From Lytechinus pictus (taxonomy: Eukaryota): DNA of 64,000 bases. The DNA lies in contig NC_087245.1 in NCBI RefSeq assembly GCF_037042905.1, forward strand, positions 9,486,001 through 9,550,000, in the 5' to 3' direction. The notes beneath the pieces are model-generated. The model worked only from the letters and a program-made list of their open reading frames with translations, did no database searches and was not told where the DNA came from. The position numbers and the translations under genes were made by a program. Shown here in pieces: positions 13,801-24,225 of this stretch. The stretch's first letter is position 1. Every line of letters starts with the position of its first letter.

Positions 13801-14353
13801 AGGTGAATTATTGTACCACCCCCCCCCCCCCCCAATTTAGTATGTACTAGTATCATGTACTTACAGTGTATACCCATGGATGCATGTGGGAATAGATGCT
13901 GGTTACAAAAACTCTGAAGAAATTAACCTTCAACTCTAATGGTGAAATACTGCATTCATCCCTGACCAGTTGAAATTATTTCAAACTTCATATCATTCAG
14001 GTAATAATAAGAAATCAGAATTACATTGAACATGTACAAATATACCTCAATACTACCCGTATCTAAAAAAAACAATTCTTATAATTTCCATTATAATTGA
14101 TGCACTAATCTCCCAAATTAAATAATGTGAGAGTATCACCAATAAAAACAGAAAATGTTGGCTCCTGTAAGTGAGATGCAACTTGTCAGTTCAACATGAT
14201 GTACCTGAATTGGTCGTATGTCTCTACACGTTGTTCCATTGCCCTCAGCTTAGCATCATTCTCTCTCCAGTAAGACGCATCTGCCTCCACGGCTGCATTC
14301 AATTCCTTTTCAAGCTTGTTGAAATCAATCCTGTCTTCCTTGAGATCAGCCAT
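10872..14353 (-). CDS. CCDC103: Coiled-coil domain-containing protein 103 (dynein axonemal assembly factor DNAAF19), 289 aa, 3 coding exons
   Basis: Exons 14353-14205, 13595-13439 and 11435-10872, all GT-AG and phase-consistent (870 nt). N-terminus [10 protein letters not shown]...[34 protein letters not shown] is the dynein-attachment N domain. EFTKEWR...[14 protein letters not shown]...[13 protein letters not shown] is the RPAP3_C-like domain. An acceptor 3 nt before the ATG implies an upstream non-coding exon. Confidence 0.95.
11750..12684. mobile_element. Kolobok-like non-autonomous DNA transposon in a CCDC103 intron
   Basis: Perfect 16-bp TIR GGACGTTCCACAGTTA / TAACTGTGGAACGTCC flanked by TTAA (11746-11749, 12685-12688). 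Confidence 0.88.
12805..13400 (+). mobile_element. 3' fragment of a CR1/L2-group LINE
   Basis: ORF 12832-13104 ([11 protein letters not shown]...SVHSY..R...IWN......SFK) resembles a LINE ORF2 C-terminus. The 3' UTR has a GGCCGCCATC/GATGGCGGTC stem and ends AATAAA...(CAAT)n. Confidence 0.8.
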
Positions 14354-14620
14354 ACTCTGAAATGACAACAAATATTATTAATTTATTACTATTTTTTCTT
14401 AACATCATGTATGTTTCTCCTTATCACTTGGCCTTGTCAACCCTCTACATGCAAGACTAGATCTACTGTGCCTAGACCGAAAGATTTAGTTTCTGTCTCG
14501 TCAGTTGTTCCGCTGGACTATGCCTTGCTTCACTACATCTCATCCATAGGCCTCGAGCATAATCTGAAGTCATTCTTCCTTTCTGGTCTTGGCTCGGTAG
14601 CTGGTAGACAAAAAAAAATA

Positions 14621-14743
14621 TGTTTTGAGGATTTTTTAAAACATTTTTATATTTTTTCTCCCCATACATGGAGGTGTATAGCCTATACACCTCCATACAT
14701 GGGGAGAAGCAAAACAAAATATTTTTTTCAAATCCTCAAAACA
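14621..14743. repeat. Fold-back palindrome (MITE-like)
   Basis: TGTTTTGAGGATTT / AAATCCTCAAAACA arms around a central ATGGAGGTGTATAG-C-CTATACACCTCCAT hairpin. Confidence 0.75.
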
Positions 14744-15170
14744 GAATTTGGGGAACCTGTATTAATTATTCTCTATTATTTTTTAAAGACTTTATTCAAT
14801 ATTTTCATCAAAATATACATTGGAGTAGAGTAGGACTCTAGCTATCTATATATGAATGATTGAAGTTTTGAATATATATTAGCACTAGATCTACATATGT
14901 GATCGATCATACCGAAATGAGAGACAAGTCGCAAATCAAAATTCCTTGGAATTCGACACACAAATAAAAAAGTCAAAATTGTGAAGATTTTTTTTTTTTT
15001 CATTTTCTGATTCTTCCATGTTTCATAATTACTCTGTGAAAAAGATGAGTGAAATTGATGACGGGAATATGATAAAAAAGCAGTTTTTCTGCGAGTGTTT
15101 TTTTCGGTCAATTCGAAAATTTCTGATACTTGGCACGTTCGACTTGATCGAATTTCGCTTCATACTAAGC

Positions 15171-15204
15171 TCCGCCCCTAGCAACGTATGCCATTGTTGA
15201 TTGG
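15171..15204 (-). promoter_or_regulatory. Candidate CCDC103 promoter: GC box, RFX X-box half-site, CCAAT box
   Basis: TCCGCCC 15171-15177, CCTAGCAAC 15177-15185 and ATTGG 15200-15204, about 0.8 kb upstream of the first coding exon of a motile-cilia gene. Confidence 0.45.
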
Positions 15205-16348
15205 CTATTCATTTAAACTCGTGTACAGCTGGCGGCGGCCGCTAGCTCGATCGATCGATCGGTTCAATGATTCAGCTTCAAAAGAAAGATCAAAAGCATC
15301 GATTTCAATACGTATTCTGAAATTCAAAAGGGGGGCTTCTTGACAATAGTTAACAAACGGGATACAACTTCTAAAGGGTTATTTTTTGGTGATAATAGTA
15401 CCAGGCGTGGGTATTAGCGATAGATTGATACCGGATTTAGAGTATTAGCCTGGTTATAATCGCGAAATAAAAGTCATGCAGAGACGCAAAGTATTCGGAA
15501 CACGGTTTGTTTGCGAGGATTAATTTCATTAAACATAACATGGACATGTTGAAGATTCTCTCCATCATTTGCAAGTGATCGGGACGTTTTCAAGAGAGAA
15601 CATTTTCAAAAGAAAGGGTTTACAAACCTTAAAAGTATTGTTTGTTCGTGAATGTGAGTTAATTGATCTGCAGTATCTTTAACAAAAGAAACAACATTTA
15701 TAGAAAGCTTGGTGGGCTTCATTATTTCCAATTATTTATAATCAAGACATTGTTGCCCTCAATTTTTATCATGTTTGAATGAACGATAGAGAAAGCGAAA
15801 GAAATAACTGTACAAACAGAAAGTCTGAGACAGCTAACGTCGACCAATGAAAAATGGCCGAAACGACCATGCAGAAGGTTTAGTGCATTTTTTTGGATAA
15901 AGACATTGATTGAAAATATCAGTCATTTAAAATACACATATTGAAATAAACATTTCATAAAAGTCATTGTCATTTTGTTCCATTCGACTGTTTCCAGATC
16001 TATTCTCTCTTTCCTTCTCTCGTATTCTCTTACCTACTTCTTTCGTCTTTCTTGTGTTTTATTTCTTCCTTTCTTCCTCTCTCCCCCTTTTCGTTCGCTC
16101 TTTTTATTCAGGTCATTCGGTCTCCTCTCTCTAACCCCCTCCCCTATTCTATCTCATCTTATTTTTTTAAATCCTCTTTATATGTTTGAGAGTGAACACA
16201 TGCGAAAAAATATCGAACAGCTTTTATTGTTCTTTCTTTAATCATTCAATCTTACAAAGACATCATTGTTGCACAAAGCATTTGCAACAATCTTCTGATT
16301 CTTTATCTGTATTACTGCGTTAGAATATACATGTATATATATTTTTTA

Positions 16349-16524
16349 AACAAGTGCACACCAAGCTACCAATAATGCCTATATAATTTCCATTTATTTG
16401 AAAGCAGGATAAAATAGCATTGCACATTAAATGCCTTGCTCACAGGCATAGGTGCCGCGGCCGGGGATCGAACCCCGGACTTTTTATGTATAGCCAGGCG
16501 CCTTAGACCACTCGGCCACGGCAC
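16349..16524 (-). mobile_element. tRNA-derived SINE
   Basis: Minus strand reads GTGCCGTGGCCGAGTGGTCTAAGGCG (A box) ... GGTTCGATCCCCGG (B box), then a TGAGCAAGGCA core-like motif and a tail shared with other copies. Confidence 0.85.
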
Positions 16525-16576
16525 AACCAAAATATTGTTTGTGCTTGATATCGATCCGAAAATCAGCATTCGTGGA

Positions 16577-16706
16577 GGTGTCGTGGCCGAGTGGTCCAAG
16601 GTGCCTGACTATACATAGGAAGCCCGGGGTTTATCCTGCATTCAAATAAGTGGAATGTTGTATGCATTCTTGGTAACTAGGTGTGCACTTGTTAGTTTAA
16701 AAAAAA
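16577..16706 (+). mobile_element. tRNA-derived SINE, internally deleted copy of the same family
   Basis: GTGTCGTGGCCGAGTGGTCCAAGG head joined directly to the tail ATGCATTCTTGGTAACTAGGTGTGCACTTGTT plus A-run. Confidence 0.8.
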
Positions 16707-18471
16707 TCTTAACTCCACTTATATATCCTTTGTTGGAAATAATTGTGGCGGGATTTTACTCAGGGTACCTCCTCGCTCTTTTTGTTGTAGAGTTAAGACG
16801 TTTATGCCAGGGGTTTTTTCCGGAATCAGTTTTAGAATCACTATAACTTTTTTTTCATTAATATATCTTTGTATTTTTTTTCATACTAATTTTGAATCAT
16901 TCCAATGCTGTAAATAATTATACACCCCCCCCCAAAAAAAAAAAGATCGATAATAGACGATATTGAGCAAATTATTCACGTTTTTTTGTTCTCACTGCCT
17001 CAATCTAACATAAGCATTCATAAAACATGATCACACAAGCCTTTCGTATAAAGATAAGGTTCAAATTGAAATATTTTGACGGTTTATCTTACTATTTTAC
17101 AACGGATAGTTCATTTTATTAGAACATGCGGTTAAAGTTTAGGTCATAATGACTCGCTTGATAGATGTGAGAGTAAACGCGATCGACATTCAAACAACCG
17201 CATAGAGGCAATTTGCGGTATATGAAATTGTTATTATTATTTAATAAACAAGACGATGATACAATGAAAATCATTGGTATACTCCCTCCTCACTGGTTTT
17301 AGGTCCGACCTTTTCTCCCTGCCTTTTATTTCATTAAAAAGGGAGATCATGACAATTATTTCTTTCACGAATATAATTATAAAACCCCAGTATAACTATG
17401 GAGCTATTACACTGATCTGTATAGAAGATCAGTGGATTGACATATCGAACCAGAACATTAACTTTGTTTCGTCTTGCAGTCGCGCGTGACCTGCAAGTTC
17501 ACTATTGTTCCAAATGCAGCCTCCTCATTGGTCAATCGTTTCGCCTTCTTTGGCAAGCGGTTGCTAGGACATTTCGGTTAGCTCGGCGGTGGCAAAATAT
17601 ATTTTTTCATGGAGCGGATTCAAAACGGATGTCAAACTTCGAAGGCGTTTTTCTCTTGATTTTTATTTTCAAAAGCCCAATTCTTCTTGCATTCTAAGGC
17701 TAATATCTCCACTATTATTTACTCTTAAGGGTCGAGTGATATATCAAATTAAAGGTAAAGAAACAGAGAACAATAATCACTACAAAACTTGGATTTGAAA
17801 AATTCCGAGTTGTCTCTCATTTCGGTGTGACGAGTCACATATAGTAATCAACAAATGTCAACACCATGTCCATGTGACCATTTTTGTAATGAGCCTAGTC
17901 TACATGTAAGTCTCTTATACTCTCTAGACTACTAGTTCCTCAAACTGTGCGAGACGGCTAACGTGATAGCCGACTGTGGAGGCAGAGGAGAAACAAAACA
18001 AAAAAGTTGTACAAAAGTGGCCATAGCCTGGCAGGGTAAGACAGCTGAAATCTGGGCACTAATGCAGTTTCGAAAATATCGAAAATATACGTTACAAATG
18101 ATTTATTCCTTATTTTTTAACATTTATTGCCAGAGATGGAAAACTGGCAGCCGTGTGATGCTGTCCTCTACGTTCGTTGAGTTAGGATTTTTCTGATTAG
18201 AATTTTCCTGGCCAATCAATTCGAGCAACAAGTTCCAAACGCACACACTTATACAAGCGCAATGCAGCTGCACGAATCGCGATATACGGCGATTGTTACA
18301 GACATCTGCAAGGATGATGACGTCATCCAAGAATGGCAAGAGGGCAACTTACGTTGACCAAAGAAAAGATCGAGGATGACTATATTTTGATATCATTTGA
18401 AAGGAATTGGCGGTAACTGCGGTCTTCGGTACGATACTTTCTTGTCAAGTTTGATGTAATTTCTTTTTTAA

Positions 18472-18650
18472 GTGACATTTCATGCACAAAAAACAATCCG
18501 AAAATTGGGTTTCTGCCGCATTTTAGATCTAACATTACTGCTAATACGTTGTCTTTACATACGGGCCAACAACACTTCAGTCTATGTATTGGTGAGTGGA
18601 GCCAACGCAGTTCAGCGGAACAACCAATATACAGAGACTGCTTTTGGTCT
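18472..18650 (+). mobile_element. Older, partial copy of the TAGAC/9-bp-TSD element family
   Basis: Aligns by eye with 19203-19384 and ends TTTTGGTCTA; no matching other end or TSD found. Confidence 0.7.
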
Positions 18651-19131
18651 ACTCGATTTGTAACTGTGCTATCATGGCTATGGACTATTCTAGGTATAAC
18701 ATTGTCTCAGCCAGTCAGCCATGAAGCAGAGGCTTGACTGGGAACCGCTGCACCTGTGCCGGAAGGTTAGTCGGTAACAACCTTGTGCGAGGCGCTTAAT
18801 TGCGGGTAGCCTAGCCATTCCAGTACGATAAGTCCGGTTGGATAGCTGCATTCCCATCTCGACCAACTAAAACTGCTACAAAGTATTCGTTCATCCCAGA
18901 CTAGAATATATTCCCTCTAGTAGCTCTACCCCAAATCAAGAGCACAGACTTTCAAGCAGAACGTACTTCAAATCAGACTACACAAAGCAAAGCAACAGTT
19001 CTCGAATTCTCTCTAATCTAGTCTGAGTCAGCTCAGTCCTCTGTGGCTGTGCCATCAATCAACATCTGCGCACTTCCTGCATGGTTGAACGTTGGCTCCC
19101 ACTGACTGTGCATGTGGGGCATTGCATTGGG

Positions 19132-19384
19132 TAGACAGGAATAACCGTCGTTTCTGGGGATTTATTCAACAATTTCTGACATTTTACTATAATCCTCATA
19201 ATGTGACATTTTATGTACATAAAACCGATCGGAAAATCGGGTTTCCACTGTTAGATCTAACGTAACTGCTAAAATACGTTGTCTGTACGTACGGGCCTCC
19301 AAGCTCTTCAGTCTATGTATTGGTGAGTGAGCCAACGCAGTTCAGCAGAACAACCAAAATACAGAGACTGAAGCTTTTGGTCTA
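19132..19384 (+). mobile_element. Non-autonomous DNA transposon, TAGAC...GTCTA termini, 9-bp TSD (copy X1, 253 bp)
   Basis: TSD TGCATTGGG at 19123-19131 and 19385-19393. Confidence 0.88.
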
Positions 19385-19570
19385 TGCATTGGGCAGTATA
19401 CCCACTGCACAGAAGAAGAAGTCTTACCCAGCCAGGCAATGGCCATGCAACAGTCATGCAAGGAAGAGGGGAGAGGCAGTCAGTGCGCAGCGTCGTGGTC
19501 AGTGATGGTGGCAGCAGCAGAGTCAGGAGCCCACAGCCTCAGCCACTCACACGTATTGCGAGGTTAGTAT

Positions 19571-20241
19571 TAGACCAAAAGCTTCAGTCTCTGTATTTTG
19601 GTTGTTCCGCTGAACTACGTTGGCTCCACTCACCAATACATAGACTGAAGAGCTTGGAGGCCCGTACGTACAGCCAACGTATTAAGTGAACTAACGTTTT
19701 ATAGGTCGCGATTTAAAACTGTTTTTAAGCGAAATTTACAGTTTCATGGTTTCAATTATCAGGGAAATTTAAATAACTTATGTAATTGCGTACCTTGGAC
19801 AGAAGTTATTGAAAAAAATCCTCTGGATGATTGAGAAATCTTTCATCTAAGACATTTTCACCTGAGCTGAGGGTTTTTCTTGCAAGTTGGCATCTTGAAT
19901 GACGTCAATATTAACTTTTTAATGTCTCGATATATTGAATGTCGTCTGCTACCTGTGATGGTAGCGATGTTTCGGTACGCTCGCGTATGGAGCAGATCGT
20001 ATAATATCGAAAGCAATATCGATATCATATTCGTGATTGTTGACGCCCTCTCCGTTCTAGAGTCTAAATTCGATGTGTAAAATTACATCAAACTTTGGAC
20101 TGTGAATTGACAAAAGGGAGGGAGTGAAAACACATGCGAGCCCACACGAACACTCTACCGTCGGTAAATCTAAATGGGGATTACAGTAAAATGTCAGAAA
20201 TTGTTGAATAAATCCCCAGAAACGACGGTTATTCCTGTCTA
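19571..20241 (-). mobile_element. Same family, copy X2 (671 bp, opposite orientation, unique interior)
   Basis: TSD GGTTAGTAT at 19562-19570 and 20242-20250; both end modules are reverse complements of the X1 ends. Confidence 0.88.
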
Positions 20242-21252
20242 GGTTAGTATTAGTAATACTAGTAGTATACTAACCTCGCACCACGAACCGCGTTTGGCAG
20301 TGGATTTCTAACTAGTGGGTCACGCGTGCTGGGATCTCACTTCTTGGGCCCACAACACTCGACTTCTATTGCTTGAATTTTCTGTGCGCGGCGGCATGTA
20401 ATGAACCCTTGGGTGGCCTCAGCCAGCCTCAGGGCGGGGAGCTCCGTCGCGCCGCCGGCCGCGGCGCGCGGCGGCCTCTCTGCCTAGCCCTGGCCTAGGC
20501 AAGGTGACCAGTGCAGTGACTCGTGGCTGACGAAATTTAACCTTGCTTGTGTATCTACGGCCGTTTCTTTACAAGATCAGATCTAGATAAATCTTTGACT
20601 TGGCTCTACTTGTACTTACTTATTCATTCGTTTGATTTACCTCCGTCCGAGTCCGTATACACTGACTAACGTAACTAACGATTTGTTGAAAGAAATTCCT
20701 GTCGCGATTGGTGTTTGTTTATAGACAGCAACGGTTGCACAACGCATGCGCAATGACCTTCGGGACCTTATGGGGGAAATCCCTGTTCTCATCTCTGAAT
20801 CAGGAATGGAGGGTATTTCCAGCCAGGGATAGGCTGCTAGGCAGGAAGACTTACCAGACCCAAGCCAAGCCCAAGGCGAGCTGTGCTGTCGTATTGTTTG
20901 TGATATCACGTCTTTCACGATCCATGGTTTTTAATGACGTTCCTGCATAGATCTAGACATATTATTGGCAGCCAGACTGAATTCTGTTTTTTTTTCTTCA
21001 AAATTCAACTTTCAAGTAGGCCTACCGGCGGTATGGACATTTATTTTTATGATGGCGTCATGAGTGAGTGGTCAAATCTTCTTCTTTTAATTCTTAAAAT
21101 CTTATTTTGTTCTGACTTTTGACAGTGACAGTCTGTGTCACTCTCGTCTCAGTGTGTTAGTTAACTTAACCTGCCCATGGCTTTGGCCTTGCCTTGGCAG
21201 ATTTGTCTTACAAATTTACATTTGTGGAATATGGATGAGTTGATCTGAGACT

Positions 21253-21378
21253 TAGACCAAAAGCTTCAGTCTCTGACTGTATTTTGGTTGTTCCGCTGAA
21301 CTGCATTGGCTCACTCACCATAGTAAAATGTCAGAAATTGTTGAATAAATCCCCAGAAACGACGGTTATTCCTGTCTA
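21253..21378 (-). mobile_element. Same family, copy X3 (126 bp, ends only)
   Basis: TSD TCTGAGACT at 21244-21252 and 21379-21387. Confidence 0.88.
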
Positions 21379-21599
21379 TCTGAGACTTAGCGGGGATCGA
21401 CATCTTTTGATGTGTACTTTATACTCTATGTTTTTATGTCTTAATTGTCTATGAATGATCTCGACCAAAAGCTTCGGTCTCTGTTATGTTGGTTGTTCAG
21501 CTGAACTCCGTTGGCTTCACTCACCAAATACAGAGACCGAAGTTCTAGCGCGATCTGTACAGGGGACTCAATGGCCATATGTTTATGTAGGCCTACTTA

Positions 21600-21641
21600 T
21601 GATCGGATAAAACGGGGAAGTGAATTTGCGCGACAGCCGAG
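21600..21641 (+). other. Candidate non-coding first exon of the caspase gene (start uncertain)
   Basis: Consensus donor GAG|GTAAGT at 21641/21642 in a CpG-containing context with a GGAAGTG motif; plausible acceptors at about 24147-24155 precede the ATG exon. Confidence 0.5.
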
Positions 21642-21652
21642 GTAAGTCACTA

Positions 21653-22625
21653 TTTTTGTCTCACCTGCATAGCAGAGTGAGACTATAGGCGCCGCTTTTC
21701 CGACGGCGACGGCGGCGGCGGCGGCGGCGACGGCGGCGTCAACACCAAATCTTAACCTGAGGTTAAGTTTTTGAAATGACAGCATAACTTAGAAAGTATA
21801 TGGACCTAGTTCATGAAACTTGGCCATAAGGTTAATCAAGTATTACTGAACATCCTGCCTGAGTTTCATGTCACATGACCAAGGTCAAAGGTCATTTAGG
21901 GTCAATGAACTTAGACCATGTTGGGGGAATCAACATCAAAATCTTAACCTAAGGTTAAGTTTTTGAAATGTCATCATAACTTAGAAAATATATGGACCTA
22001 GTTCATGAAACTTATACATAAGGTTAATCAAGTATCACTGAACATCCTGCATGAGTTTCACATCACATGACCAAGGTCAAAGGTCATTTAGGGTCAATGA
22101 ACTTTGGCCGAATTGGGGGTATCTGTTGAATTACCATCATAACTTTGAAAGTTTATGGATCTGATTCATGAAACTTGGACATAATAGTAATCAAGTATTA
22201 CTGAACATCCTGTGCAAGTTTCAGGTCACATGATCAAGGTCAAAGGTCATTTAGGGTCAATGAACTTTGGCCAAATTGGGGTATTTGTTGAATTACAGCC
22301 ATAAATTTGAAAGTGTGTTGGTCTAGTTCATAAAACTTGGACATAATAGTAATCAAGTATCACTGAACATCCTGTGCGAGTTTCAGGTCACATGATCAAG
22401 GTCAAAGGTCATGTAAGGTCAAAGAACTTTGGCCACGTTGGGGGTATTTGTTGAATTGCCATCATATCTCTATAAGTGTATTGGTCTAGTTCATAAAACG
22501 TGGAAATAAGAGTAACCAAGTATCACTGAACATCTTGTGCGAGTTATAGTAGTTTTCAAAATCAGCACTGCTGCTATATTGAATCGCGTGATGCAGGTGA
22601 GACGGCCAGAGGCATTCCACTTGTT
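21653..22625 (+). mobile_element. Helentron-associated / DINE-1-like non-autonomous element with central tandem repeats (copy 1)
   Basis: Subterminal IR GTCTCACCTGCAT (21658) / ATGCAGGTGAGAC (22591); 5' partial IR GTCTCAC..GTGAGAC; (GGC/GAC)n microsatellite; five 160-190 bp central repeats; T-rich flanks and no TSD. Confidence 0.8.
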
Positions 22626-24225
22626 GTTCTTTTTAACTTGATTTTTCTCCGTTTTTTGGCAATTAATGCCAAGAGGGAATATTAATTTGCATTTTGGTCG
22701 GGTTAATTTTCAAAATTTTTATTCATTAAAGACAAAAATTGAAGAGCCCCGATGGGGGGATTTTGCATTGCAAGTCCCCTAATGGTGGCTGCACGCTAGC
22801 GAGCCGTCTGTGTATGAGGAGAAATTTAAAAAAAAAAAAAAAAAGTTAAAAAACTCCTCGAAACAGACGGCTGCCAGCTGTCTATGAATGATCATACTTA
22901 CAACAAACATCTCACTAGAAAAATGTTTATGATTATTTATGAATATGATCAACTATTTGAGCATGTTGAGCAAATTAAAAAAATTATCATTAAGTTCACT
23001 CACACACATGCGAGGTTAGTATGCTATAGTATAACTTATAAGTTGACATTTTCACAGTTTAGTCTATACAAAATCAACTATAATCATGAATACCCAACTG
23101 AAGGCAAGACTGACACAGTGTCACACATATTATACTTTTGGAAGAAGATTGAGCTTGGACAAAAGCTAGACCTGGAAACTTGGCTGCAGCTTTCTGCATT
23201 TTTCCAGTACATCCGGTATTTTAATTAAGGTAGGAAAGAGTTCCATATGCACCCCCCACCAAAAATAACACAAGATTGTTGAAACTTCCAGTTCATTCAC
23301 TTCAGATTTTTCTATCATTTTTTTTTTACTGTTGCTTACCTTAGACTTAGTTGGGACTCAAACTCACCTCGTTTTATTTGTAGTCAAGACCTCTTCCCGC
23401 TATGCTAGCGAGAAGCGCTGATACCGAAATGGGTATTTTAACGATTATCAGCCGATAGTTTTACTAATCTAGACTCACAGACCCTTTACTGACTAAATAA
23501 ACCGATGTCTATGGACAATTACACGCACTAGATCCTGCTCGAAATTTGATGGAATAAAGCCATATTTTGGTTACCTAGAGCGAAGTTCGTGCAGGCTCCA
23601 CTCCACTTCACTACCGCTACACTACACTCCACCTACCCGAACTTCGAGACGGTGAACTCGATGGGAAATCATGTTTATTGTAAAAATTAAAGAAAAATAA
23701 TAAAACGAGAAAGATAAACAACTTAATATCTTACTCTTCACCCGTATTTCACTCCGTATCCATCCTCCGGTTTTCCTCAAAATGTGTGATTTTGGGCCAG
23801 TATCTTTTTCCTCACACGTATTATTCACGGCTGATTTCAAAACATCGCATGCGATCGGTTTGACCTGCGACCGATCGCGATTGCCCTGAGCTTTGTACGT
23901 TGCTATTTTGACACCTGTGACATGATCACAAGAACGGTGTGACATAATGTGCACCACTCGTATTAAGGTCGAGCAGTACTGTACTTGTAATCATTCCGCA
24001 TACTGTGCCAAAATCAGTGCTATTTTGGTCATGATTAATGCAGATAATCATTTTCAGTTAAAAGATTTTTAAGTGGATAATTGTCATCTTTAATAAGGAA
24101 ATAGATGATGTATGTCATGTTCTCTTTTCCATTTCTACCTATTTAGCCCTTTTAGAACGCTGAGAGGACACAAAAAAGACATTTATTTGAAAATTTCATC
24201 TAGTGACTGAATTCCAGATCCAGCC

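Noticed and set aside
16455-16524. tRNA gene (Ser/Leu-like A and B boxes)
   Set aside because: No proper anticodon arm, and it continues into a shared SINE body and tail found in three copies.
17274-21122. Short ORFs of 60-100 aa as genes or transposase fragments
   Set aside because: No recognisable domains; they overlap non-coding repeat modules.
21747-22540. CRISPR-like or standalone satellite array
   Set aside because: Units are contiguous 160-190 bp repeats without unique spacers, internal to a dispersed element; eukaryotic context with no cas genes.
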